Source: Macrostomum lignano (Eukaryota). Taken from it: a stretch of DNA of 64,000 bases. Under the pieces are notes generated by a model that was given only the letters and a program-made list of their open reading frames with translations, was not told the DNA's origin and ran no database searches. Location of the stretch: positions 62,001 to 126,000 of the forward strand of contig NIVC01002296.1 of assembly GCA_002269645.1 (NCBI GenBank). The letters are read 5' to 3'. Of this stretch, positions 51,501 through 64,000 are shown piece by piece. Each line of letters opens with the position of its first letter. Position 1 is the first letter of the stretch. Both the position numbers and the translations under genes were made by a program.

Positions 51501-54500
51501 TTTACCTTGAGTGTTTCATTGCTTTAATAGTTTTTTTTGCATCACTTTTTATGAATTTAACTTCCGCAATAAAATATAAGTAGTTCATTGTTTCTTGTGT
51601 AATGCCAGCCGGCCCAGCCCTCAAAAAGTTTCTAAGAGACAAAATTTTCTATCCACTCAAGCCGTTGATGTTGTGCGGTCTTTCTAAGAATCCTAAGAGT
51701 TTCTAAGAGTTGGGCGGCTGGCCCAACTGAAACAGTGAAGATTGCCCCGACTATCTTTGCTAGGGGGCTTCTAACTGTCACCTGATTTTGACAGCCCCGC
51801 ATAGGCTCCACGGACAGATCCAGCGCACAGCTGATACCCGCATGCAGAGCTCTTCATTCAGAATATATGCTCCGATTACTGACTTAATTTAATTCAAATG
51901 GCTGGCTCATGAGCCCCTGACTGAAACAGGCAAGGCTGCGTAATCTTATCTCCCAATCGCTGAGCCCCGCTCCTGACGTGAATGAGCAGCGGCGCGAGCC
52001 CTCTTTCTCTTCACCCTCTTCTTATCGCGCACTAGAGGTCAGGTCCGCCAGAAACTGGGTGCGCAAAAGCAGCAAGTCTTCATTTTGTTCCTCTTCTTCT
52101 GTGCCACCAGAAGTTTCAGATTCTATCCTGAAGTCTCAGATTCTATCCTGAAGTCTCAGATTCTATCCTGAAGTCTCAGGTTCTATCCTGTGATCTCAGG
52201 TTCTATCCTGAAGTCTTAGATTCTATCCTGAAGTCTCAGATTCTATCCTGAAGTCTCAGATTCTATCCTGAAGTCTCAGATTCTATCCTGAAGTCTTAGA
52301 TTCTATCCTGAAGTCTCAGATTCTATCCTGAAGTCTCAGATTCTATCCTGAAGTCTCAGATTCTATCCTGAAGTCTCAGATTCTATCCTGAAGTCTCAGA
52401 TTCTATCCTAAAGTCTCAGATTCTATCCTGAAGTCTCAGGTTCTATCCTGAAGTCTCAGATTCTATCCTGAAGCCTCAGTTCTATCCTGAAGTCTCAGAT
52501 TCTATCCTGAAGTCTCAGGTTCTATCCTGAAGTCTCAGATTCTATCCTGAAGTCTCAGATTCTATCCTGAAGTTTCAGGTTCTATCCTGAAGTTTCAGAT
52601 TCTATCCTGAAGTCTCAGATTCTATCCTGAAGTTTCAGGTTCTATCCTGAAGTTTAGATTCTATCCTGAAGTCTCTGGAGTTTCAGATTCTATCCTGAAG
52701 CCTCAGTTCTATCCTGAAGCCTCAGTTCTATCCTGAAGCCTCAGTTCTATCCTGAAGTCTCAGATTCTATCCTGAAGTCTCAGATTCTATCCTGAAGCCT
52801 CAGTTCTATCCTGAAGTCTCAGATTCTATCCTGAAGTCTCAGTTCTATCCTGAAGTCTCAGATTCTATCCTGAAGTCTCTGAAGTTTCAGATTCTATCCT
52901 GAAGTCTCATATTCTATCCTGAAGCCTCAGTTCTATCCTGAAGTCTCTGAAGTTTCATATTCTATCCTGAAATCTCAGCTAGGAAATTACCCGGAATGTC
53001 GGTCTCGTCCTCGATCTCCTCCTGGATGATCTCCTCCAGAATGTCCTCCAGCGTCACCAGGCCCACCGTGACCTCGTACGGGTCCTTATCGTTGCCCTCT
53101 TCCTCGCCCACGTGATGCTTCACAATAGCCAGGTGGATTCGGTTGCTAAGGAACAGTTTTAGCGCGTTGTCCAGCGTGTCCGTGTCGTACACCACCTGTA
53201 CCTGGCGGTTGAAGTACTCGCAGATGAGGTCCGCCCGCATGGGGGTGTCCCTGTTAACGATGGTCAGGTCCTTGAAGTTCAGGATGTTGATGATGTTGCT
53301 GCGCTCCTTGTCATAGATGGGGATCCTGGTGAAGCCGGTGTCCCGGATCTGGTCAATGGTGAAGGAGTCGATAACGGTCTCGGCGGGCAGCATGTACACC
53401 TCGCCGAGGTTCCGCATGACCTCAGAGATGGTTTTATTCTGCAGGGACAGCGCGCCCAGGATGATGTTGGCCTCGGTCTTCTCCAGGCCCTGGGCAGCGA
53501 TGAACTCCTTCAGCTTGTTGCGGTCGTACACCTGGCCGAAGTCCTCTCCGAGCACCTTGTCCAGCACAAACGACAGCGGGAAGCTAATCGGGGAGGTGAG
53601 CGCCATGAATAAGATGGTGATCGGCATGGTGTAGGCGCCGATGGCCAGGCCGTGGCGGGAGCACAGCGCCTGAGGGATGATCTCGCCCAGGATGACGATG
53701 CCAATAGTGGCGGAGATCACAGCGTAGATGCCGTCGCCAGTGATGGAGTCCATGAGCAGCGACAGGGTGGTGTTGACCAGCACGTTGCCCAGCAGCAGGC
53801 TGCACAGCAGGAAGTTGCCCCGCTTCCTCACTGGGATGATCTTCTTGGCGTAGGACTTCTCCGCGCTGCTGCCCGCCCGGCAGATGATGCGCAGCTCGTT
53901 GATGTCCAGCGCCATGAGGCCGAGGTTGAGGCCGGAGAACAGGCCGGACAGCGTGAACAGGCCGCAGATAAACAGCACCGTGGCGTACATCGGGAACACC
54001 TCCCGGGAGATGTACACCCGCAGATGGCTGCCGAAGAACATCCAGCGGTGCTGAGCGCCGTCAGCGCCGCGCAGCTTGGCGCAGATGTAAACCACCTCAT
54101 CTACGGTTGAGGTCTGCGTCACTGACGCCTCCGCAAGGGCTCGACTGTCGTCAACAAGCTCGACATCGAAGGCCTGGGACAGCTTGGTGTCCTGGCAATC
54201 GCTGTCATTCCTGTGCATGTAGCTGAACCCCAGCTTCAGCACCTGGCTGAGGTTGCGACCAAACAGGTGGAAAGTGAACACTTTGTTGAATGGCAGCTCC
54301 TGATAAGCACCATCGTTGGTCTTCTTCCAGCCGCTGGGTGAAACACCATTTGCTGATGGTGCCACCAGGATGCCACTGATCTGGGGACTGACTGTTGAAG
54401 CTGGCCATGGCAACAGCAGCAACATCAGCAGCAATGCTTGTGGCAGCCATTGAGGCCAAGTACTGATTCTGGGGGCCAGGGCTAGACTAACATCCCCTGC

Positions 54501-54503
54501 CAT
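42544..54503 (-). CDS. CNNM: CNNM/CorC-family Mg2+ transporter (extracellular domain, DUF21, CBS pair, CNBH), ~823 aa
   Basis: complement join(52991..54503,50292..50420,49933..50023,49059..49216,42544..43124); GT-AG introns with compatible phases (1,1,2,1). DUF21 LFSGLNLGLMALD..LLCSLLLGNVLVN..GEIIPQALCSRHGL; CBS GFTRIPIY..HLAIV..DPYEVTVGLVTLEDILEEII; CNBH LYRRNEPADY..FEAT..FVPDYTAKAKQNMQYLKITQAQY. Extra small exons in the last intron are not excluded. Confidence 0.9.
43140..43885. repeat. ~27-bp minisatellite
   Basis: gatacatatcggcaaagagtagttgtc tandem abutting the last CNNM acceptor. Confidence 0.95.
44800..45410. repeat. 9-bp-period CT-rich satellite
   Basis: atctccctc / atctctctc units. 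Confidence 0.92.
45830..46200. repeat. 22-bp minisatellite
   Basis: aatcaggtagacctcagtgtgt tandem. Confidence 0.93.
47065..48268. repeat. 31/33-bp G-rich minisatellite
   Basis: gagggatcgggaagggt(ccagc/ggc)agtggctcact tandem. Confidence 0.97.
48520..49030. repeat. ~25-bp minisatellite
   Basis: gtacactgggtggagaggggtagat-type units. Confidence 0.92.
49295..49680. repeat. ~40-bp minisatellite
   Basis: cgcttagcttaaaaacgtggcggtagacatcaaag tandem in CNNM intron 3. Confidence 0.93.
50118..50262. repeat. 31-bp minisatellite, same family as the 14.2-kb array
   Basis: ggcccagcaactgaggatctgggagggcgat; its reverse complement contains cccagatcctcagttgctgggcc. Confidence 0.92.
50775..51372. repeat. (GACTA/GATTA)n pentanucleotide satellite
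   Basis: CNNM intron 1. Confidence 0.95.
52115..52975. repeat. 20-bp minisatellite
   Basis: agattctatcctgaagtctc tandem abutting the CNNM exon 1 donor. Confidence 0.96.
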
Positions 54504-57500
54504 ATCATGGCTATGCCTCTGAAAGGAATTAAAAATCACTACTAAAATATGCCAAAACAGCAATTGTCACTTTTCACTTGATTTATGACACTAAAGTTTC
54601 ATAACATTAAATCAAAGGATTAGATCTTTTAATAGTGCAAAATATTGTCAGTACAAGCATTATCCCAATACTTATAATATTAATTGGTTGAACAAAAAAT
54701 CTGTTATGATTGCATTTCAAAAACTTTTTGAGCCCAGAAAACTATTAAAAAGTTCTAGGTCTAAGAATGATTTTTATAAGTCCATATAAACAGTTATAAC
54801 AATAATATTATTGTGGCAAAAAATGAAAAATAAAAGTACAAAATCAAACATAAAAGTAAAATTAAACTGGCACAACACAATAAATTTAATCTTTTGGTTT
54901 TTAAATATGCTATGAGAAGTATTGCTACAAAATGTATTTTCAAAATCAAAAACCTTAATTGTCAAATGCTGCATTTCTAATTCGAAACTCTTGAATAGGA
55001 GCCAAGTAGACAGTTCTGAGTAAGTGTATAGCATAGCTATGTATTAGTATTACAGTATATTAGTATAAATAGTATACTAAAATACTCGGTTTACTAAAAC
55101 TGATAAACTAAAAATATTTGGTTTTATAAAATTTTCTAAACCAAAAAGTCATTGCACATAACGATAAATTAATAATTTCAAACCAAGGTTCCTCACGAAA
55201 AAATGCAGTTATCTTCGTTTAAAAAGACATACAAGCCACGATAATGGAAATTTCCCAGTCTTTTTAATGTTAAGAACCCGTTTAAAAACAGGATAAGAAA
55301 ATATAACAAATAAAGTATAGCTTAACGGCTTAAAATAAAAAACGTTTTCATTATTTAATAAAAATTTGGTATGTCAATTTATTTTTAAAAGTAAAATTTA
55401 TTAAATTTGAAATTAACTGTTACTTTTTAGAATTGGTAGGGACTTTTTCAACTCTATATTTTTCCACGATACGTGGAAAATTATGTGCCAGTGCTAGTGC
55501 CAATAACTTTACGTACGTACTTTGGTTTTGATAAGAGTAAGACATCGAGATAACCCCTATTGAAAGTTTGGCCTTATATAAGTGAAGGACACATGGGAGT
55601 GTCTTGGACGCATGTAGGTAATAAAACACGTGACCAGAGTCCGGAACAGTTTCTTATATATATTATACTACAACTACACCAATTAAAGACAACTGGCTGG
55701 CAGCTGTAATTTTAATCGTAATCGACTATAAGAGTATATAATATAATGCTATGTACTATACTGCTTACTTCACCCTTTATCTGCATGCATTGATTAGTAT
55801 ATTATTTTATTATTTTATTTTTTGTCATTGTAGCCCAAAAAGCTATGGCATGGCTACATCTTTTGTATTTGTATAATGCATAAATGCATGACGATGACTA
55901 TGACTGTCTATAGCTTTGTAATTATGATTATACTTTGATTGTTTTTACTAGGTCAGGTTTTAATAGTATGAGTTACAATTGTTTTTATAAAGAAGTTTTA
56001 GTGACTCTTTCTAGTAACAAATGTTTTGGCAAATTCATTTTCAAAGGCTTTTTCATTTTGAAAGGACAGTGCTATATATTTTATTAATTTTTAAACTAAC
56101 AATAAGAATTGTATACTACCTAGTAGCAATTAAGACTACTTTGTTAAAATCATAACTGAATTTATGCCAATTTACAAATATCAATAGAGCTAAAATAAGT
56201 TGTCCTTGTTGAGATTGTATACTTTTTTGAAGGCCAATTTCCTGGGAAAAATTGCAAAGGAGATAGAAAATGACAACAAGACTAACCTGCTCTGTCACAA
56301 ACTGATGGCAATACCATTTCTACCACCTAAAGAACAAAGCAAGACCTAAACCCAATGATTAAGGCTTAAAAGGTTTATTAATTTTACTTCTTTATTACTT
56401 TCAGAATTTTTTTGATTAAAGGTAAAAGCTTGTTATGTATTTGTTATTTTATGTCGTTTTTTTCCTATTTGTTAATATTTTTATGCATTTCTTTAATATT
56501 TCTTTAAGTTTAACTAGCTTTTGTAAATTTGCCTAAATATTACAATATTTTGCTGAAACATTACCTTTCGTGAGTCATCAAAATATTTGGTAATTGGTTT
56601 ATGTTGCTAAAACATCACAGCCTTTTTAATGATCTATACAAAATAAAAACTGTATGTTTATTGCAAATATTAGTTAATTGAAGTCAATTAGTTTGACATA
56701 AAAATCATATAAACTCATACAAAATACTAGTAGCATTAGCTATATCACTACTATATCTAAGTTAAGCATCAAAATCTTCATTAGAAGTGGCAAGCATTAC
56801 TAAAAGGAAATGTCAGTCAATTTTCTTAAAATATTGAGCTACTAATGTGGTTTAAAAATCATCTTAATATTTTTATCTGAAGAGACAATATCCAAATTTG
56901 AAAATTAGCCTTCAAAACTTTTTCAATGGTTTGTGAGTGCCGAGTCTTTCTACTAACAGTGGTCCTTATATTTTCATTGATACTTTGATAGATAAAATAA
57001 AAACATGAATTGTATATATAATTCTAGATAGTCCTATAGAAATAATTTCTTATGGATTTTCCCTCCAGTAAATGGGTACAAATATTACTAAATAGTTACA
57101 AACTATAATATTACTAAAAAGTATACTATTACTAAAATTACTATTTATCAAATCTTCTATTTATAGTTAAAGCATTTGTTATACCGGTAGACATAGAAAC
57201 AAGTTAAAAAAATAATACCAAAACAAATCTTTGTCTCTAAAACATATCAATGAAATCATTTGTCATTGAAATTATCTATACCTAATAGGGGAAAGCTAAC
57301 CCTTGTTAAAGGCATGTCAATATCAACTATATACTAGAATAAAAAACAGCAAAACACAACTGTATAGTATTTTCATTTTTATAAGTAGAGATAAATATAT
57401 GCCAAACTGTATTTTTACCATACAATAAAGATCTAGACATTGTATAAATGAAGTTTGGATAGATAGATTATAGGAATTATCATGCTAACTCTATAAATTT

Positions 57501-58780
57501 AAATTTTATTTTATTTTGATAACTAGGCCAGCTACTAAGTCCAAAGGTTTGATTGCATTAATCAAAGCTGGTCTTCCCTTTGCTACAGACACTTGAGCCC
57601 CAGAGACTGGGTTTTTAAAGCATCTGAATCTCAATATGCTATTTAGACTTTTATTAAGTCCAAAGTTGAGTTACCAAATTGAAAACTAGGATATCAGCTA
57701 GCATTAGTAAAAAATCAATAAAAATACCAACATCTTTACCCTACCCATATATAAATATCTTCTTAATTTACACTTCCTATGCAAGTTAGTTTTAATGAAG
57801 AATGTAACTTTGTTGGCTCTGGTTTAGACTTATGTTGGTCCACAAATCCAGTTGACTTCCTTTTTCTTTTCCTCATTGCCTTTGTACCTTTCTGCCTTTC
57901 AACATACTTTTAGCCAGAGGCTTTTCACCTCGCCAGTTCAGTTGGCTTAGCTGGGTGTTGCTCATGTAGTACTAATTATGTATGACTATTTGCATTGCTA
58001 ATTGCATTGCATTGCTCTTTGCATTGCTAAGTTCCATGACACACAAAAGTTGCGGAAGTCTGCAGACTCAATGTTTAATAATTGTTTCAATTTGACAATT
58101 AATGAAAGTTTTGGAATCCCAAGAATTCAAAGGATTATAAATTGATCGCAAAAATAACTCAAGCTTGAGTTTAATGGTATCCAGCTTGGATAATAACAGG
58201 GTGCTATTTTAGAATCTGGGGTCCAAACTCAGGATGCCAAAATTAAATTTGGCATCCTGACGCAAAAACCTGATCTTGAATTTGAAATACTTATGGGTTT
58301 CTCGGGGTGGCCTGGTAGGTCTTTGAATCCCACCGCTGCCACCAGTGAAATAGTATGGGTTTTCTTCCCAGTTTAGGCGCTTAAGATTACCTTAAGACTC
58401 GAGCCTCTTCAGTGGGAAATTCTCTCAACTCTCAGTAGCGTAGGTAGTGCTGCCACCAGTTCCTTCAGGTCTCGGCCTTCGATGAGGTGAGCTTCCCATC
58501 GGAACAAAATAAACAAGTCAACGAACTCAGCACAGCGTGCAGATTTGCAGATTAATGAACAAGGCGTCCTGATCAGCAGATCCCCGCCGGGCTCAGGGGT
58601 GACTGGGAAGGCAGTGTTAGCCTCCCTTAGGCTTGGGCTTTAGTGGGGTCTCAGTCAGACCAGTACAAACGGATTCAGGATGCAAAGGGCACTTAGTTAG
58701 ACACTGACGCACACGGGATCTTAGTGAATTCTCCGCAGATAAGAAGCCAATCCTTGACGGAAACAAGGGGAGAGGGGTCC

Positions 58781-58930
58781 TATTTATAACCGGGAAACAC
58801 CCACGCACAAGACCTCGTGACTTGTTCTATTTTTAGAACTGACGTCACTTGAGTTCTCGGGGCAGGGTCTCAGTGCGCTCAAGACCTCGTGACTCGTTCT
58901 ATATTTAGAACTGACGTCACTTGAGGTCTC
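58781..58930. promoter_or_regulatory. Candidate promoter/enhancer: two 72-bp-spaced MEF2+CRE modules and a minus-strand TATA box
   Basis: ctatttttag 58827-58836 and ctatatttag 58899-58908 (CTA-W4-TAG); tgacgtca 58840-58847 and 58912-58919; TATAAATA on the minus strand at 58781-58788. Confidence 0.5.
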
Positions 58931-59446
58931 CGGTCAGAGTACACGCGGCTGTGACTCAGTTGCTATTTTTAGCAACATGAGTCACTCCTCTCCTTAGAGA
59001 AGGGAGGGTTCCGAAAGCACGTGATTCTCCCGGTAAACAGGGCCAACGAGTGCAGTAAACATGTTTACTGCACTTTAGGACTCGAAGAATGCAGAGTCTG
59101 TCATGTGACTTGCTCACATGACAGAGGAAAACGGGACGGGAACGAAACAGAGACAGCCCACAGCAGAGAAGCTGAGGGCTGAGAACAGAGACGCAGAAGG
59201 GCAGCAACAGGCCAAGGGCAGCAACAGACGGGCCAAAGGGGGCGGGAAGCTGACCAGCGGCAGACAGCAACCCAGGGCAAGGGCGAGGGAGACTGCTGAC
59301 AAAGTGGGACGCCTAACATCAACTAGCGGATCACTACAATTTTTTTAAACTGTGCCAGATGGCCAGTTGGTCAACACGAAGTTTCTCCATCTGTTACAAG
59401 CAGATCTTCAATTGACTGCATTGCAGCAATCAGCGATATAGCAGCC

Positions 59447-62400
59447 ATGCTCTCCCGCCTATCCAAGTGCAGCCTCGGCCTCGCCCGCCAAGGATTCTCG
59501 CGGTCCCTGGCCTCGGGCGGTCTGGACTGGAAAGACGGGCCGCGCAAGCAGACGGCCAAGTCGCAGGCTGTCTACGACCGGGAGAGCCGCTTCGGGGCGC
59601 ACAATTACCACCCGCTGCCTGTGGCGCTGTGCCGCGGCAAAGGCGTCTTTGTGTACGATGTGGACGGCAACCAGTACTTCGACTTCTTGTCCGCCTACAG
59701 CGCTGTCAACCAGGTGAGAGAGGCTGCGGTTAATTAAGACTGCCAGCACCCGGCTCTCACACCTGGAGGTCCTGGGTTTGACTCCGCTAAGCGTCACATT
59801 AATTTGGGGTTTGTGCATGAAAAATTGTCCGGAGATTGTCTTGCAACTCACACCCATGAGGGCCAACCCCCAAGGCACGAGTGTCGACATGCCTGACGAT
59901 TGGATTCAGGGCCGCTGTGCACCCTGTGTGAGCGCGTGTGCGACTCCGTGGGCAGAATTGCCTCAGTGCTGATTGTGGAATTATGGTGCTGCATATTTGA
60001 GAAAGTCGGTGTTAAAAGTTAAGCAGAATTGGCTTCGGTTAGTACGCAACTAAAGCCCTTGAAGACAGCCAACCTTGAGATTGGCTGCCCCCGACATTGC
60101 GCAGTCTCTCAACCCGTTCCTCCAATCGGCCGTCCCCAGGGCCACTGTCACCCGAAGATCGTGGCGGCCCTGACCGAGCAGGCCTCGGTGCTGGCGCTTT
60201 GCAGCCGGGCCTTCTACAGCTCGCTGCTGGGCGAATACGAGGAATTCGTCACGAAGCTGTTCGGCTACGACAAGCTGCTGCCGATGAACACCGGCGTGGA
60301 GGCCTGCGACAGCGCCGTGAAATTCGCCCGCCGCTGGGCCTACACGGTGAAGGGCGTGCCGGAGAACCGCGCCAAGGTGATCTTCGCCAGCGACAACTTC
60401 TGGGGCCGCAGCCTCGGCGCCATCTCGGCCTCCACCGACCCCTCCAGCTTCAAAAACTTCGGGCCTTTCATGCCGGGCTTTGAGATCATTCCATACGACG
60501 ATTTGCCGGTGAGTGAGTCAATGCCCTGGGAGATTTTCGGTTAGTAGAAATTATATGGAAATCCCAGATCGTATCGTTACCTATGTAGGGAATTCCCAAT
60601 TTAATTTGTGTCAAAGGGTTCAAATCGACAACTATATATGGAAATCCCAATTTAAAGTTGTCAAGGAAAATCATAAGTTCTTTAGTTGTTAAGGGAATCC
60701 CAACCGACTGGGGAATCCCAATTCGATAGCTATCAAGGGAAATCCCAAATCCATTGCTGTCAAGGTGAATCCCAATTCGATGGTCATAAGGTGAATCCCA
60801 CCAATTCGATTTTTTTCAAAGGGATAGCTGTCTAGGGAAATCCCCTGTTTGTAGCTGTTAAAGGGAATCCCCAGTTTGTAGCTGTCAAAGGGAATCCCCA
60901 GTTTGTAGCTGTCAATGGAAATCCCCAGTTTGTAGCTGTTAAAGGGAATCCCCAGTTTGTAGCTGTCAATGGAAATCCCCAGTTTGTAGCTGTCAATGGA
61001 AATCCCCAGTTTGTAGCTGTCAATGGAAATCCCCAGTTTGTAGCTGTCAATGGAAATCCCCAGTTTGTAGCTGTCAATGGAAATCCCCAGTTTGTAGCTG
61101 TCAATGGAAATCCCCAGTTTGTAGCTGTCAATGGAAATCCCCAGTTTGTAGCTGTCAATGGAAATCCCCAGTTTGTAGCTGTCAATGGAAATCCCCAGTT
61201 TGTAGCTGTCAATGGAAATCCCCAGTTTGTAGCTGTCAATGGAAATCCCCAGTTTGTAGCTGTCAATGGAAATCCCCAGTTTGTAGCTGTCAATGGAAAT
61301 CCCCAGTTTGTAGCTGTCAAGGGTATTCCAAGTCAAAAGTCGTAAGGAAATTAATTCATAGCAAAAATCTCCTTAAATTCTCTTCCCACACCACAGGCTC
61401 TTGAGAAGGCACTGCAGGACCCCAACGTGGCGGCCTTCATGGTTGAGCCCATCCAGGGTGAGGCCGGCGTCGTGGTGCCCAAGGATGGCTTTCTGCGCGG
61501 AGCCCGCGAGCTGTGCACCCGCCACCGGGCGCTGCTCATTTGCGACGAGGTGCAGACCGGCCTCGCGCGCACTGGCAAGCGGCTCTGCAGCGACCACGAG
61601 AAGGTGAGTCGCCGCACTCGGCGATTTGAAATCTCAAAACTCGGACACTCGGTGGACATAATAAATCCCAAACTCGGACACTTGATTGGCATAATAAATC
61701 CCAAACTCGGACACTTGGTGGATATAATAAGTCCCGAACTCGGATACTTGATGGGCATTATAAATTCAAAACTCGGTCACTCGGTGGTCATTATAAATCC
61801 CAAACTCGGACACTTGATTGGCATAATAAATCCCAAACTCGGACACTTGGTGGACATAATAAGTCCCGAACTCGGATACTTGATGGGCATTATAAATTCA
61901 AAACTCGGTCACTCGGTGGTCATTATAAATCCCAAAACTCGGACACTCGGTGGTCATTATAAATCCCAAAACTCGGACACTCGGTGGTCATTATAAATCC
62001 CAAAACTCGGACACTCGGTGGTCATTATAAATCCCAAACTCGGACACTCTAGACATTCTAAATTCAAATCTCGGACACTCGGTCATCTTAAATCCCAAAG
62101 CTCGGACACGGTAATTAAAAAAACTGGGACACTAGGCTATAATTAATAACTTCAATAGTCGGACACTTAGCCATTAAAAATACCCAAAAATCTTAGATAA
62201 ATCCTCAAACCCACCCCTCGGACAGGTGCGGCCGGATCTGGTGTGCCTGGGCAAGGCGCTGTCCGGTGGACTGTACCCGGTGTCCGCCCTGCTGGGCGAT
62301 GACGAGGTGATGCTGACGGTCGGGCCCGGCGAGCACGGCTCCACCTACGGCGGCAACCCCATGGCTTGCCGGGTCGGCATGGCGGCACTGCAGGTGCTGG

Positions 62401-63995
62401 AGGAGGAGGGCCTGGCGGAGAACGCGGAGCGGCAGGGCGCGCTGCTCAGGAAGGAGCTGTCCCGGCTGTCCGGCAAGGTGGTGAAGACCGTGCGCGGCAA
62501 GGGCCTGCTGAATGCCATCGTGATCAGTCAGGGTGAGGCTCCCGGCGCTTCTTGACATCTGTTCCCCATGCTAGGGAGTTTAGGGTTTGGGCTAGGGCTG
62601 GGGGCCGCGGCCCAGTCTCGATTCCAAGTGCAGTCAACGTTAATTTGGGGCTAAATCGGAATCTTGGCTTGGCTCTGCTCGTGCAATGAACGCCCTTGAA
62701 GGCCAACCCCCAAGGCACAGTGCCTAACGATAAATATAGCTAGGGCCATAATAGGGCACAGCTTGAAAGGACTTTAGCGTTGCTGTTTCATAAATATGTT
62801 GGCGGCCTCTCAGTGGGTGAGCAGGATGGGGAGGGCTCTGCAAGCTGCAGCCTGTGCTGAGGCTCCTGGGACTTCCGAGCCTCCTCTCACCTGAGCACGC
62901 GGGGGGCGCGTGATTCTCGGAAGCGGAGCCCACACCCCCGCCTTTGTCTGGCTGCTGGCCCTGTTGAAGCTCACTTGCAGTTTGCACCGTTTGTTATCTG
63001 CCCTCATCTCCCCTCTCTTGTCTCCCCTCTCTTGTCTCCCCTCTCTTGTCTCCCCTCTCTTGTCTCCCCTCTCTTGTCTCCCCTCTCTTGTCTCCCCTCT
63101 CTTGTCTCCCCTCTCTTGTCTCCCCTCTCTTGTCTCCCCTCTCTTGTCTCCCCTCTCTTGTCTCCCCTCTCTTGTCTCCCCTCTCTTGTCTCCCCTCTCT
63201 TGTCTCCCCTCTCTTGTCTCCCCTCTCTTGTCTCCCCTCTCTTGTCTCCCCTCTCTTGTCTCCCCTCTCTTGTCTCCCCTCTCTTGTCTCCCCTCTCTTG
63301 TCTCCCCTCTCTTGTCTCCCCTCTCTTATCTCCTCTCTCTTGTCTCCCCTCTCTTGTCTCCCCTCTCTTGTCTCCCCTCTCTTGTCTCCCCTCTCTTGTC
63401 TCCCCTCTCTTGTCTCCCCTCTCTTATCTCCTCTCTCTTGTCTCCCCTCTCTTGTCTCCTCTCTCTTGTCTCCCCTCTCTTGTCTCCCCTCTCTTGTCTC
63501 CCCTCTGTCATCTCCCCCTGTCATCTCACCTCTCTTGTCTCCCCTCTCCCCTCTCTTTTCTCCCTCTCTCATCTGCCCTCTCATCTCCCCTCTCTCATCT
63601 CCCCTCTCCTGTCTCCCCCCTCTCATCTCCCCTTTTTTGTCTCCCCTCTCGTCTCCCCTCTCGTCTCCCCTCTCTTATCTCCCTCTCTTATCTCCCTCTC
63701 TTATCTCCCTCTCATCTCGCATCTCATCTCCCCTCTGTATCCCCGACCCCTTGTTTAGTACTACTCGAAGCCAGAAAGGCCGAATCTCACCTGCTCAAGC
63801 CTGGATTCCCCCTCCCCCTTAATCTCAGAGTTCGATGCCTGGGAGGTGTGCCTGAAGCTGGCGGAGGCCGGCCTGCTGGCCAAGCCAACCCACGGCGACA
63901 TCATCCGCCTGGCGCCGCCGCTGGTCATCAACGAGGCGCAGATTAACAAATGCGTGGAAATAATTTCCGGTGTTATTGACGGGCTGGTCAAATAA
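59447..63995 (+). CDS. OAT: Ornithine aminotransferase, mitochondrial, 438 aa
   Basis: join(59447..59713,60140..60508,61397..61603,62226..62532,63829..63995); GT-AG, phases 0,0,0,1. R/S/L-rich transit peptide; [61 protein letters not shown] lysine [33 protein letters not shown]. Confidence 0.97.
59720..59975 (+). mobile_element. tRNA-derived SINE, copy B (OAT intron 1)
   Basis: B-box-like gggtttgactcc; core gagggccaacccccaaggcac (59858-59878); tail ccgctgtgcaccctgtg similar to copy A. Confidence 0.65.
60690..61325. repeat. 27-bp minisatellite
   Basis: gtttgtagctgtcaatggaaatcccca tandem in OAT intron 2. Confidence 0.95.
61630..62170. repeat. ~33-bp minisatellite
   Basis: aaactcggacacttggtgg(a/t)cat(a/t)ataaatccc-type units in OAT intron 3. 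Confidence 0.92.
62590..62760 (+). mobile_element. tRNA-derived SINE, copy C (OAT intron 4)
   Basis: ctcgattccaagtgcag..atttgggg..aatcttggcttggctctgc..ggccaacccccaaggcacag..gcctaacgataaatata..tagggcc, colinear with copy A. Confidence 0.7.
63000..63750. repeat. CT-rich minisatellite (~16-bp unit)
   Basis: tctcccctctcttg tandem, degenerating rightwards, in OAT intron 4. Confidence 0.95.
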
Positions 63996-64000
63996 GCCGC

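Noticed and set aside
55418-55650. Possible solo LTR (TG start, TATA, AATAAA, CA end)
   Set aside because: No matching target-site duplication or second copy; such motifs are common in AT-rich DNA
58400-58640. ~80-codon minus-strand open frame ending ..LIEGRDLKELVAALPTLLRVERISH*
   Set aside because: No ATG or acceptor and no recognisable family; may simply be 5'UTR or LTR sequence
59858-59910. CUGACGA hammerhead core and UUAGGGCC pistol-like word in the SINE
   Set aside because: No downstream GAAA or NUH cleavage triplet, and the remaining pistol, HDV and twister elements could not be placed; retained only as an unnamed structure

Overview
Eukaryotic (metazoan) genomic DNA. The GC3-rich exons, introns packed with unique minisatellites and acceptor sites just before start codons suggest a free-living flatworm such as Macrostomum, but this is inference only. 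Seven protein-coding loci are supported. They are: the 5' end of a secreted PAN/Apple-domain gene (-, runs off the left edge and is absent from the ORF track); a BCOR-like ankyrin+PUFD locus broken by 1-nt frameshifts (-); ATP6AP2/(pro)renin receptor (+, 4 exons, ~335 aa); a GPI-anchored four-FAS1 fasciclin-I-like gene (-, 9 exons, ~679 aa); intronless CDK5R1/p35 (+, 366 aa); a CNNM Mg2+ transporter (-, 5 coding exons, ~823 aa); and ornithine aminotransferase (+, 5 exons, 438 aa). The last six form three head-to-head pairs. The rest is about 30 tandem arrays, several MITEs (one nested), a mariner transposase remnant and three copies of a tRNA-derived SINE. Most long ORFs in the supplied track are satellite artefacts. 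No novel multi-gene system is demonstrated. The best leads are the frameshifted BCOR locus, acceptor sites 5' of six ATGs, a SINE with a covarying structured core, a 72-bp duplicated MEF2+CRE module and satellites seeded at splice donors. All coordinates were counted by hand, and repeat boundaries are approximate.
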